From a virus (lineage: Duplodnaviria > Caudoviricetes), in the IMG/VR virus record IMGVR_UViG_3300032327_000688, positions 1 through 27,646 of that record: DNA of 27,646 bases; one strand, given 5' to 3'. Position numbers and translations under genes: made by a program. Positions 7,328 through 16,425 of the stretch are shown here, in pieces; the stretch's first letter is position 1; every line of letters starts with the position of its first letter. The notes beneath the pieces were generated by a model. That model had not been told where the DNA came from. It did not search any database and saw only the letters and a list, made by a program, of their open reading frames with translations.

Positions 7328-9778
7328 ATGAAGCCAATTGAGATTATAGCCCAAGACCTATTTGACAAAGTACGTAGTCGTTTCTCCAATTTACAGATGG
7401 GAGATGAAACTGGCGCTGTTACTGCTAGTCCAACAGATGCCCGGTTCTTTGATTTTGACTTTACTGTAGAAGAAGTCAACCTAGGACGGGTAAGCATTAG
7501 CATTAATGATATTGGCAATTTAAAGATTTTTTACAGTCAGGATATTACAGAAAATGCTGACTCAATTACACAGACAATGTGGTATGATTTCCTACGTGAG
7601 ATGCGTTTTTTTGCTAAACGTCGTCTGTTGAGATTTGATACCCGTGATATAACCAAAGGTAATTTGGATAAAACTGACTTCCAATACCTAGCACAGAATG
7701 GACCAAAGGACAACAATATGAATGAATCAGCCATGTACGGAAGTTCAAAGACTTCTCATAGAAAAATAGAAAATACGGATTTAATTATTCGTCACTCTGA
7801 AGCAATTGATCCTACTAAGCCAGGTGCACGTAGCCGCAAAATTAAAAACTTGTTTATTCAAAACGAAGAAGGTGAGCGGTTTAAATTTCCATTTGTCTAT
7901 CTTCCAGGTGCTCGTGCAATGCAACGTCACGTGGCTAACGGTGGGTATCCGCACGACGACGCCGGTAAGGACATTATTAAAACTTGCGAAGAAATTTTAA
8001 AATTATCAGACTTTGGTCGTAAAGTAAAACACTCAACTCTAAATGACAACGCACACGCTATTGCTGAAAGGGCAGGAACTAAATTAAAAAAATTACGCCA
8101 TCATATGGAGTGCATGAGCAAACAAGGGTATTACGAATCTTGGAAAGAATCACATGCACCTGCTGATAATGCTATGGTTGAAATTGATGCTGCTACTATG
8201 GAAAGTTACAAAGACACCTTCACTCAAACCAAGTTTGACGAAGCATTATCAGATGTATTTCCGTTGTTACATGCTATTATGCAAGAAGCCGGTGAGGTTG
8301 ATTTAGAAGCAGTAGTAATCGAAGGTCAAGACTCCGATGAAGAAATTACAATCGAAGAAGCTGGTGCAGACGACGAGTTTGCCGCTTTTGAATCATGGAC
8401 AGAAAGCATTATCGGAGAAGGATTTTCAGATGAAGAACTAGCTCAACTAGAGCCATTAGTTCAACAACCATTACCGGTTGGAGCAAATGACGAGGCTGCA
8501 CAAGCATTAGCGGGTATCGGAATTAAAGATCCTACTTTACTTAAAGCTCTTCGTGCTACCGCTGCCATGCCCAACGGTGCAGATGCAGATGCTAGAGAGA
8601 TTATTAAAACTTACCTAGGAGCCGATGCTTCCAAGATCAGCTTTGGCGATTTAGATACTCAACAGACAGCGCCAGTTGCACCGCAACCACAACAGGAGCC
8701 AGCTATGGCAGAAGAAACAAAAGGTCTATCAGATGTCGCTAATAAAAAAGAAAAGATGGCTCGTGCAACTCCTGCAGATACTAGCTTTATGGGCAAGGCT
8801 AAAGATCTAGCCAAGGGCATAAAAGCATTTGCTACAGGAAAATCAGAAAAAGATTTACAAACGTACGAATCAGCATTTATGGGACCAGAAGATTTTCCAG
8901 AATGGTTGAAAGATGCTACTCATCGTGTTGCTCATGGTAAGGTTGCAGATTGGACAGAGCTGTATGCTGAACTAACTAGCAATTTAGACTTTGATGAAAA
9001 CAAAGCAGAACGTATTGCCAAACGCATTTACGATCACGATACCCTAGCTCAACATCGTGTTAAACCAACAGGCAATATTGAATTACCAAAAGATAAAGAT
9101 AGCGAGGATGATGATGAATTCTTGTCTAACTTACGTGGACAAGCTCGTTCAGGTAGTATTAAACCAGGTGTAGATATTGGTGGCGTTGATGAAGAAGATA
9201 GCATCGATCCAGCCGTTGAACCAGAAGATAAATTAATTGAAAAAAAACCATCAGCTAAAGAAATTGCTGAGATTGTAATGGGATTCTACGATCGAGATAA
9301 CGGCACCTGGACTAAAGGCGAACACGGAGTAGTTACTCACGTTAAACGTCAGTTCAGTAGTGAAGACGGCGAAGGCGGCGAGAAGGAAGCCGCACTAGCA
9401 GCCAAATTAATTCAACATTTAAACGCCACACATCAAAGCACAGAACAGTTTGCCGAAATGCGTCGCCTAGCTGGCTTACCAGCATTATCCGAAGCTGCCA
9501 AACAGTCCATGAGTCGTGCGGCCAAAGGTAATGAGAAATACGGCAAAGATGGTATGAAGGCACTGGCCAAGGCAGGCCGTGAGGGTGCTAGTGAAAAGAC
9601 TCTCGATGCCATCCGCGACAAACATGACAACTATAATGAAGCGGCTGAGACTGACGCAAAACCTACAGAAACTCCTTGGACAAAAATAAAAAAGAAGAAC
9701 GGTAAACCAACTAACGCTAGTGGTGTTGCTGGTAAACTAGCCAAAGACGAAATGGCCAAAGCATCAACAAAGAAATAA
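7328..9778 (+). CDS. Large acidic hypothetical protein, probably virion/head-associated and modular
   Basis: 816-aa ORF under a late motif. Globular N-terminal about 330 aa, then acidic linkers with xxE-S/A/G sites and an MRRLAGL motif. Confidence 0.75.
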   Translation: MKPIEIIAQDLFDKVRSRFSNLQMGDETGAVTASPTDARFFDFDFTVEEVNLGRVSISINDIGNLKIFYSQDITENADSITQTMWYDFLREMRFFAKRRLLRFDTRDITKGNLDKTDFQYLAQNGPKDNNMNESAMYGSSKTSHRKIENTDLIIRHSEAIDPTKPGARSRKIKNLFIQNEEGERFKFPFVYLPGARAMQRHVANGGYPHDDAGKDIIKTCEEILKLSDFGRKVKHSTLNDNAHAIAERAGTKLKKLRHHMECMSKQGYYESWKESHAPADNAMVEIDAATMESYKDTFTQTKFDEALSDVFPLLHAIMQEAGEVDLEAVVIEGQDSDEEITIEEAGADDEFAAFESWTESIIGEGFSDEELAQLEPLVQQPLPVGANDEAAQALAGIGIKDPTLLKALRATAAMPNGADADAREIIKTYLGADASKISFGDLDTQQTAPVAPQPQQEPAMAEETKGLSDVANKKEKMARATPADTSFMGKAKDLAKGIKAFATGKSEKDLQTYESAFMGPEDFPEWLKDATHRVAHGKVADWTELYAELTSNLDFDENKAERIAKRIYDHDTLAQHRVKPTGNIELPKDKDSEDDDEFLSNLRGQARSGSIKPGVDIGGVDEEDSIDPAVEPEDKLIEKKPSAKEIAEIVMGFYDRDNGTWTKGEHGVVTHVKRQFSSEDGEGGEKEAALAAKLIQHLNATHQSTEQFAEMRRLAGLPALSEAAKQSMSRAAKGNEKYGKDGMKALAKAGREGASEKTLDAIRDKHDNYNEAAETDAKPTETPWTKIKKKNGKPTNASGVAGKLAKDEMAKASTKK

Positions 9779-9796
9779 GGTAATACCTAGTTAAAC

Positions 9797-9824
9797 AAAG
9801 AGGCAGAAATAATCTGCCTTTTTT
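9797..9824 (+). terminator. Rho-independent terminator ending the late block
   Basis: AGGCAGA-AATAA-TCTGCCT stem followed by TTTTT. Confidence 0.85.
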
Positions 9825-9825
9825 G

Positions 9826-9854
9826 TTGACAGGATAAATAAACTAGCATATAAT
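9826..9854 (+). promoter_or_regulatory. Perfect sigma70 consensus promoter with a nested TAAATA late motif
   Basis: TTGACA (9826-9831), 17-nt spacer, TATAAT (9849-9854). TAAATA lies at 9835-9840 inside the spacer. Confidence 0.88.
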
Positions 9855-9898
9855 AACATATATGCAGATTTTCTTTTAGTCAGTTGGCTTTGAGAAAT

Positions 9899-9935
9899 AG
9901 GCAAAGTAGTAAAAGGCAAGTAGTAAACACAGGCA
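9899..9935 (+). repeat. Tandem AGGCA(A)AGTAGTAAA repeats in the SSB 5' leader
   Basis: AGGCAAAGTAGTAAA (9899-9913), AGGCAAGTAGTAAA (9914-9927) and a third AGGCA (9931-9935), just before SD AAGGAG. Confidence 0.85.
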
Positions 9936-9954
9936 TATTATAAGGAGAAATATC

Positions 9955-10953
9955 ATGGCCTCATTAGCAGAGATTCGCGCAAAGCTTCAAGCAACATCAT
10001 CACAGAACACCGGCGGCATCACAGGCGGTGACAACGCAATTTATCCCCATTGGAACGCCGCAGAAGGCACAACTACAACAGTTCGTTTCCTACCTGACGC
10101 AGACCAAAACAACACATTCTTCTGGATCGAACGTGCAATGATCAAATTGCCATTCGCAGGCATTAAGGGCGAAACAAACTCAAAACCAGTAACCGTGCAA
10201 GTACCTTGTATGGAAATGTGGGGTGAGACCTGTCCTATTCTTACAGAAGTACGTCCTTGGTTTAAGGACAAGTCGCTGGAAGAAATGGGTCGTAAGTATT
10301 GGAAGAAGCGTAGTTATCTGTTTCAAGGTTTTGTTACAGACAGTAAAATGCCCGAAGACAAGACACCAGAAAATCCAATCCGTCGGTTTATTATCGGCAG
10401 TCAGATTTTCAATCTAGTTAAAAACGCCCTGATGGATAGTGAAATTGAAGAGTTGCCAACAGACTATGTTCGCGGCCTAGACTTCAAGATTACAAAAACA
10501 TCCAAAGGCGGTTATGCTGACTATTCAACAAGTTCCTGGGCTCGTCGTGAACGTGCTTTGAGCGATGCTGAAAAAGCGGCTATTGAAACTTATGGCTTGT
10601 TTGATTTAAAATCATTCCTACCTAAGAAACCAGGTGAAGTAGAACTCAAAGTTATGAAAGAAATGTTTGAAGCGTCAGTTGACGGTGAAGCATTTGACAT
10701 GGAACGTTGGGGTGCCTATTTCAAACCAGCAGGCATGGGCGGTAGTGGTCAAGCAACAGGCTCAGCTTCTACAGCAGCTAAAGCGGCTCCTGCTCCAGTA
10801 GTGGATGAGGAAGACGCACCTTTTAGTCAAGCGGCTCCGGCACCCGCTGAAAAAGTTGCTGAGGCTGCACCTGCAGCTTCAACTGGCGGAGAAGCATCGG
10901 CTCGTGCCCAAGACATCTTGGCAATGATCCGTAATCGTCAGAAAGCAGAATAA
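9955..10953 (+). CDS. gp32: Single-stranded DNA-binding protein (T4 gp32-like)
   Basis: VRFLPD, C.EMWGETCPI, YWKKRSY, G.DFKITKT.KGGYADYSTS.W motifs and an Ala/Pro-rich tail. Heads an operon with uvsX/uvsY. Confidence 0.88.
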   Translation: MASLAEIRAKLQATSSQNTGGITGGDNAIYPHWNAAEGTTTTVRFLPDADQNNTFFWIERAMIKLPFAGIKGETNSKPVTVQVPCMEMWGETCPILTEVRPWFKDKSLEEMGRKYWKKRSYLFQGFVTDSKMPEDKTPENPIRRFIIGSQIFNLVKNALMDSEIEELPTDYVRGLDFKITKTSKGGYADYSTSSWARRERALSDAEKAAIETYGLFDLKSFLPKKPGEVELKVMKEMFEASVDGEAFDMERWGAYFKPAGMGGSGQATGSASTAAKAAPAPVVDEEDAPFSQAAPAPAEKVAEAAPAASTGGEASARAQDILAMIRNRQKAE

Positions 10954-10964
10954 GGAGATAGACT

Positions 10965-12029
10965 ATGAGTAAAGCATTCGATATCTCTAAATTCCGCAAG
11001 TCAATCACTAAGTCTATTGAAGGCTTAGGGGTTGGCTTTAACGATCCAACTGACTGGATTTCAACTGGCAATTACGCACTGAATTATTTAATTAGTGGAG
11101 ACTTCTTTAAGGGAGTTCCTTTGGGTAAGGTAACTGTGTTTGCTGGTGAGTCTGGTGCAGGTAAATCATATATTTGTTCCGGTAACATTATTCGTAATGC
11201 ACAAGAGCAAGGCATTTATGTAGTCTTGGTTGACTCAGAAAATGCACTTGACGAACAGTGGTTAAAAGACCTCGGTGTTGATACTGGAGAAGATAAACTC
11301 CTCAAGTTAAACATGGCTATGATTGATGACGTTGCTCGCACTATTTCAGAATTTATGAAAGAGTATAAAACAATGGATCCAGCAGAGCGTCCAAAGGTCA
11401 TGTTTGTCATTGACTCACTTGGTATGTTACTTACTCCAACTGACGTAAATCAGTTTGAAGCAGGCGAGATGAAAGGTGACATGGGCCGTAAGCCCAAAGC
11501 ACTAACAAGTCTTGTTCGTAACTGTGTAAATATGATTGGTAGCTATAATGTTGGATTAGTTTGTACAAATCACACATACGCTAGTCAAGACATGTTTGAT
11601 CCAGACGACAAGATTTCAGGTGGTCAAGGCTTTGTATATGCTAGCAGTATTGTAGTTGCTATGAAAAAATTAAAACTCAAGATTGACGCAAATGGCAACA
11701 AGGTAACTGATGTATTAGGTATCCGTGCCGCTTGTAAGATCATGAAAACACGTTATGCTAAACCCTTTGAAAGTGTACAAGTTGAGATTCCATATTCAAC
11801 TGGCATGGCTCCAACAAGCGGGTTGGTTGACATGTTTGAGAAAATGGGGATATTATCTAAGGTTGGGAATAAATTAGCATATACGGATAAAGAGTCCGGC
11901 GAAATTATTGCCGAGTTCCGTAAGAACTGGACTGAAGATAAGTTGCACATCATCATGAAGCAATGGGATGCCAAGGCAGCTGAATCTTTAACCACAACCG
12001 AACCCATTGAGGAAAGTGAAGAAGCATAA
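10965..12029 (+). CDS. uvsX: RecA-like recombinase (UvsX)
   Basis: ISTGNYALN, Walker A GESGAGKS, DSENALD, VIDSLGML, TNHTY, SGGQG..YASS and KTRY. Confidence 0.93.
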   Translation: MSKAFDISKFRKSITKSIEGLGVGFNDPTDWISTGNYALNYLISGDFFKGVPLGKVTVFAGESGAGKSYICSGNIIRNAQEQGIYVVLVDSENALDEQWLKDLGVDTGEDKLLKLNMAMIDDVARTISEFMKEYKTMDPAERPKVMFVIDSLGMLLTPTDVNQFEAGEMKGDMGRKPKALTSLVRNCVNMIGSYNVGLVCTNHTYASQDMFDPDDKISGGQGFVYASSIVVAMKKLKLKIDANGNKVTDVLGIRAACKIMKTRYAKPFESVQVEIPYSTGMAPTSGLVDMFEKMGILSKVGNKLAYTDKESGEIIAEFRKNWTEDKLHIIMKQWDAKAAESLTTTEPIEESEEA

Positions 12030-12280
12030 TGGAAGAACATTTAATCATGACAGTTTGGGATATGTTCCGCGAATATATCCCTGAGAAGAATCGCGAAATG
12101 GCTGCAAATCAATATGTGGATTTTTTGCTAGGCAATGATATCGACGTGGATACACTCGGTTCATATACTGGCTATGATCCACACCTCGACGAGGCTATTA
12201 AAGCAGTTACTGAGGAAGATGCCGAAGACGACGATGACGAATATAACGAAACCGGTTACGACGAAGACGAGGACTATTGA
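12029..12280 (+). CDS. Small acidic hypothetical protein
   Basis: 83 aa, TAATG-coupled to uvsX, with a very acidic C-terminus. Confidence 0.72.
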   Translation: MEEHLIMTVWDMFREYIPEKNREMAANQYVDFLLGNDIDVDTLGSYTGYDPHLDEAIKAVTEEDAEDDDDEYNETGYDEDEDY

Positions 12281-12735
12281 TGAGCTGGTACTCAAAAGTC
12301 AGTAAAGATATTAGTCATTTGCCCGACTGTATTGAGTACTACTACACCCAGTTAGATGAAGCACGTAAAGAGGTCCGAGTATATGGAAACTTAGAAAAGA
12401 GCTCTGCTCAACTACCTGGTATTGTTGAACAGCGATTTAATCAATTGCAGGAAATTGAAGGGGTGTTGGAGTATCTGAACATTGAGCTCCGACGCACCCG
12501 TTCAAAAGCATTTAAGAAATATTTAGAAAACTATCAACGAGCTTTAAGCAGTCGTGACTGTGAAAAGTACTGCGAAGGTGAACCGGATGTAGTAGACCTT
12601 GAAAAGATTGTTAACGAGTTTGCCTTGCTACGTAATCAATGGTTGGGCATCGTCAAAGGTCTTGATATTAAACAATGGCAGTTGAGCAATATTATTAAAC
12701 TCAGGGTAAGCGGGATGGAAGATATAACGATTTAA
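12277..12735 (+). CDS. uvsY: Recombination mediator protein (UvsY-like); start likely ATG 12280
   Basis: About 152 aa, helical. The pattern Y.EGE.DVVD...IVNE..L.RN...GI.KGLD.KQWQL.NI.KLR matches UvsY, and it lies between uvsX and uvsW. Confidence 0.78.
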   Translation: MMSWYSKVSKDISHLPDCIEYYYTQLDEARKEVRVYGNLEKSSAQLPGIVEQRFNQLQEIEGVLEYLNIELRRTRSKAFKKYLENYQRALSSRDCEKYCEGEPDVVDLEKIVNEFALLRNQWLGIVKGLDIKQWQLSNIIKLRVSGMEDITI

Positions 12736-12757
12736 TTAGGTATGAAAAACAACTCCC

Positions 12758-12786
12758 TTGAAAATTTCTGTTATTGACTGTATAAT
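12758..12786 (+). promoter_or_regulatory. Sigma70-type promoter, apparently leaderless
   Basis: TTGAAA-N17-TATAAT, with ATG 12792 only 5 nt after the -10 box. Confidence 0.75.
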
Positions 12787-12791
12787 TAGCT

Positions 12792-14021
12792 ATGTTTATC
12801 GAAGACTATATTCTAGGAATTGCCGGATACGGTAATTGGGTGTTTACATCAACCATCTGTAATCCTCTCTCACAACAAGACGAAACATTTTTTGAAAGTG
12901 TAGCTGCTTCATTACACAACAATAATGCGCTTACTGAAAAGCAAGGTACACTTGCTCTTAAACTGATCAGAAATAATATTGGTAGATTAGATCTTAAATT
13001 ATTTCCAGATATTATCAACGACTTAGACAATCCACAATGGAAAAAACCCTTTAGGATACTGCCAACTGTTAGAACTATTACGATTAAGAAATCAGACCAA
13101 ACAGTAAAACACCAAAATGGCCGATGCATTTTTGTAGAATTTCCCTATGATCAAATACTTGTAGATGCCTTTAGGAAACGAAATACAGGATTGCACGAAC
13201 TTTATAGGGGGCATTGGGATTCTGATTGCAAACAGTGGGTCTTTTGTTTGACTGAGAAAAACATTGCCTGGTTAGGTGACGTGTTATTGGACAGAGAGTT
13301 TAAAGCTGAACAAGAATTTTTAGATTTATATGCCGAAGTATCTGAAATTAGAAACAATGTAGAACTGCATATCCCTATGCTGTCTATGCAAGATGGCCAA
13401 TATGTGTTGATCAACTCTCACCAAAATATTCCCCAACCTGCAACTGACAATTTGTCAAAAGCTCTGTTCTTTGCCAAACAATATGGCATCAACACCTGGG
13501 ACGATTCTATCGACACCGATAAAATGTCCAACACAACCAAGCAGATTATAGAGCATGTATCTAAGGTCAACTTCCTTTGGTTTGATAACAAGCGAGTTGC
13601 TATTGATCAATTTACAGATTTGATAACCTACGGTGGACCCGCTTTGATTATTGTGCCGGGCGGTAGTGAATTGGAAAATGTACAGCAATGGGTTGAGTTT
13701 GGATTACTACAGGGAATTGACGTAGGTCAAATATCTGTAATGTTCCGCTTGCCGCATGAACGAGCAGACTTCAATCAATTTGTAAAGACTGCTGGCCTAA
13801 ATAACCCCATCACAGAAAACACACGCTTGGTATTTGTCAGTACCAAGATTACCAAACCATTGGTAAAATCTAATATAAAATTCAACACAGTAATCAACCT
13901 TGGCTACTACAATTATATGCACTTTACTATGAATACAGTTGTTGACAATGCAACCAACTTAGTGTATTATAGTATGAAGGAACCGACTAAAAGACAACAA
14001 TGGCAACAGCACGACTTATAA
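12792..14021 (+). CDS. Hypothetical protein, possible HARP-like motif plus degenerate alpha/beta domain
   Basis: 409-aa ORF overlapping the uvsW start. Contains FPYD..LV..FRK...WDSDCKQWVF and no Walker A. Confidence 0.7.
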   Translation: MFIEDYILGIAGYGNWVFTSTICNPLSQQDETFFESVAASLHNNNALTEKQGTLALKLIRNNIGRLDLKLFPDIINDLDNPQWKKPFRILPTVRTITIKKSDQTVKHQNGRCIFVEFPYDQILVDAFRKRNTGLHELYRGHWDSDCKQWVFCLTEKNIAWLGDVLLDREFKAEQEFLDLYAEVSEIRNNVELHIPMLSMQDGQYVLINSHQNIPQPATDNLSKALFFAKQYGINTWDDSIDTDKMSNTTKQIIEHVSKVNFLWFDNKRVAIDQFTDLITYGGPALIIVPGGSELENVQQWVEFGLLQGIDVGQISVMFRLPHERADFNQFVKTAGLNNPITENTRLVFVSTKITKPLVKSNIKFNTVINLGYYNYMHFTMNTVVDNATNLVYYSMKEPTKRQQWQQHDL

Positions 14022-15463
14022 TACGAGATGAAGTTAATTGTAAAATTGACGGACTTGATCTCGACACACGCAAAGAACTTGTAAAGAAATTTAAATATTT
14101 TAATCAAGCCGCACGTTATCAGCCAGCCTATAGACTAGGTCGTTGGGACGGCTGTACCAGCTTCTTTGGCCTAGGTGGAACTACCTATGTCAGTATGCTT
14201 GATCGTATTCTACCCTTGTTAGAGCAGTGGGGATATTATATTGAGATTGAGGACGAGCGTGAGTCAGAGCCACTACAATTTGAAAAGATCACTGAGGAGT
14301 TTTGGGGTGATCAATGTTGGCCAGAAGGACATCGTTTCGCCGGACAACCTATCCGACTACGTGATGATCAGGTGCATGTGGTTAATAGCTTTCTTGAGAA
14401 CCCGCAAGCTCTACAGGAAGTAGCAACAGGAGCAGGCAAGACTATTATGACTGCTACACTGAGTAAAATATGTGAAAAGTACGGTCGTACAATTACCATT
14501 GTACCCAACAAGAGTCTAGTAGAACAAACAGAAGAAGACTTTGTCAACGTAGGATTAGATGTAGGCGTTTATTATGGTGACCGTAAAGACCTAAATAAAA
14601 AGCATACTATTTGCACTTGGCAGAGTCTAAACATTCTAGATAAGAAAACAAAAAATGGTGAGGCTGATTTAGTCACACTGGCTGAGTTCTTAGAAGGTGT
14701 TAGCACTATTATCATTGACGAGGTCCATCAAGCCAAAGCAGAAGTGCTAAAGAATTTACTCACACAGAACTTACGTAATGCTCCAATTCGTTGGGGATTA
14801 ACTGGCACAGTTCCAAAAGATGATTTAGAGTTTGAAAGTATTCGCTGTAGTCTAGGCAACGTTATTAATCGTGTTTCGGCATATGATCTCCAACAAAAGG
14901 GAGTCCTTAGTACTTGCCATGTGAACGTTATTCAAACACAGGAATACAAAGAATTTGGCAGTTATCCAGAAGAATTAAAGTATCTAGTCACTGATGAAGA
15001 TCGTATGACATGGATGGCTAAATTAATTGCCGGCATTGCTGAAACAGGCAACACACTGGTGTTAGTAGATCGTATTGAATCAGGAAAATTCCTACAAAAT
15101 GAATTAATAGACAGCGTATTCATTTCAGGCGCAGTAAAAACCAAAGACAGAAAAGAAGAATACGATGAAATTGCAACAAATGATAACAAAATTATTGTCG
15201 CTACTTACGGTGTGGCTGCTGTTGGGATTAATATTCCACGTATTTTCAATCTTGTTCTCGTGGAGCCTGGAAAATCTTTTGTACGTGTTATCCAATCCAT
15301 CGGACGTGGAATTCGTAAAGCAGATGACAAAGATTTTGTGAACATTTTCGATATTACTAGCACTTGTAAATATTCTAAAAGACACCTTTCTGAAAGAAAA
15401 CGTTACTATAAAGATGCAAAATATCCGTTCACTATTGAAAAAATAAAGAGAGATCCTGCATAA
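14000..15463 (+). CDS. uvsW: SF2 DNA helicase (UvsW-like)
   Basis: WDG N-terminal motif, LRDDQ, ATGAGKT, DEVH, GLTGT, VGINIP and QSIGRGIR. Confidence 0.92.
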   Translation: MATARLIIRDEVNCKIDGLDLDTRKELVKKFKYFNQAARYQPAYRLGRWDGCTSFFGLGGTTYVSMLDRILPLLEQWGYYIEIEDERESEPLQFEKITEEFWGDQCWPEGHRFAGQPIRLRDDQVHVVNSFLENPQALQEVATGAGKTIMTATLSKICEKYGRTITIVPNKSLVEQTEEDFVNVGLDVGVYYGDRKDLNKKHTICTWQSLNILDKKTKNGEADLVTLAEFLEGVSTIIIDEVHQAKAEVLKNLLTQNLRNAPIRWGLTGTVPKDDLEFESIRCSLGNVINRVSAYDLQQKGVLSTCHVNVIQTQEYKEFGSYPEELKYLVTDEDRMTWMAKLIAGIAETGNTLVLVDRIESGKFLQNELIDSVFISGAVKTKDRKEEYDEIATNDNKIIVATYGVAAVGINIPRIFNLVLVEPGKSFVRVIQSIGRGIRKADDKDFVNIFDITSTCKYSKRHLSERKRYYKDAKYPFTIEKIKRDPA

Positions 15464-15466
15464 ATA
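15461..15466 (+). promoter_or_regulatory. Putative late promoter TAAATA for the endonuclease gene
   Basis: ATAAATA formed with the uvsW stop codon, then SD AGGA (15484-15487) and ATG 15494. Confidence 0.5.
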
Positions 15467-15493
15467 AGTTTGTGTTTTAATGTAGGACATAAT

Positions 15494-16411
15494 ATGAAAA
15501 AATTAACTACTTGTGATTTTATAGATAAATTTTATAAAAGATTTTCAGACGGCCTTAATTTAGATTTATCAAGTTTTGAATATAAAACGGCAAGAAATAA
15601 GTCTGTAACTATTTGCAAATCACACAATATACAAATTCTAAATTCCGCAAATAATTTAATGCAGGGAATTAGAAGATGCCCAACGTGTAAATCCGAATCA
15701 ATATCAAATGCACAGGCATATACTATTTTAGATTTTACAAAAAAATCTGAAATGATACATGGGAAAAAATATGATTATTCATTAGTGTCTTGGAAAAATT
15801 CAAGGACTAAGGTAGATATTATTTGCAAGGAACATGGGATATTTTCTCAAAATCCCCAAAGCCACTGGAATGGATACGGGTGTCCAAAATGCGGATATGT
15901 TGGATTACGCAAGACTAAAGATAATTTTGTAAATGATGCAACCCTGGTACATAACAATCGATATGACTATACTGATACCGAATATTACAATAATTATACC
16001 AAGGTTACAATAAATTGTAAAGTACACGGCAATTTTATAATAACTCCAGTAGCACATACGGTCTACCAAAGGGGGTGTCCTGAGTGTTTTCCCGGTAATC
16101 AATCGTGGGTAGAAATATCTTGGCTAGATAGCCTAGGAATACCAATCGATTGTCGACAAAAACGTATTACTATCGGTAATACTAAATTACTTGTTGATGG
16201 TAAAATAGGTAATACTATCTACGAATTCTGGGGTGACTTTTGGCACGGCAATCCAAATAAATTTTCATCAACGGCTATTAATGGCAAAAATGGAAAAACA
16301 TTTGGAGAATTATACAAAGAAACAATGATAAAACGAAACCTTATATTATCGGCAGGATTTGACCTAGTTGAAATTTGGGAATCGGATTTTAACAATAAAA
16401 TAAAAATATAA
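15494..16411 (+). mobile_element. Free-standing putative homing endonuclease: three CxxH...CPxC Zn-binding repeats plus a Vsr/PD-(D/E)XK-like nuclease
   Basis: Repeats YDYS...KV.IIC..HG.F...P..H..G.GCP.C (two clear, one degenerate) and C-terminal VDG...IYEFWGDFWHG...EIWE. Markedly AT-rich (16/60 GC by hand count at 15541-15600). ATG 15494 with SD is preferred over TTG 15470. Confidence 0.78.
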
Positions 16412-16425
16412 TAAGGAATATAAAA

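Noticed and set aside
9899-9935. AGGCA repeats as a mini CRISPR array or iterons
   Set aside because: The units are 14-15 nt and adjacent, with no spacers and no cas genes. Their position between promoter and SD fits a leader element better.
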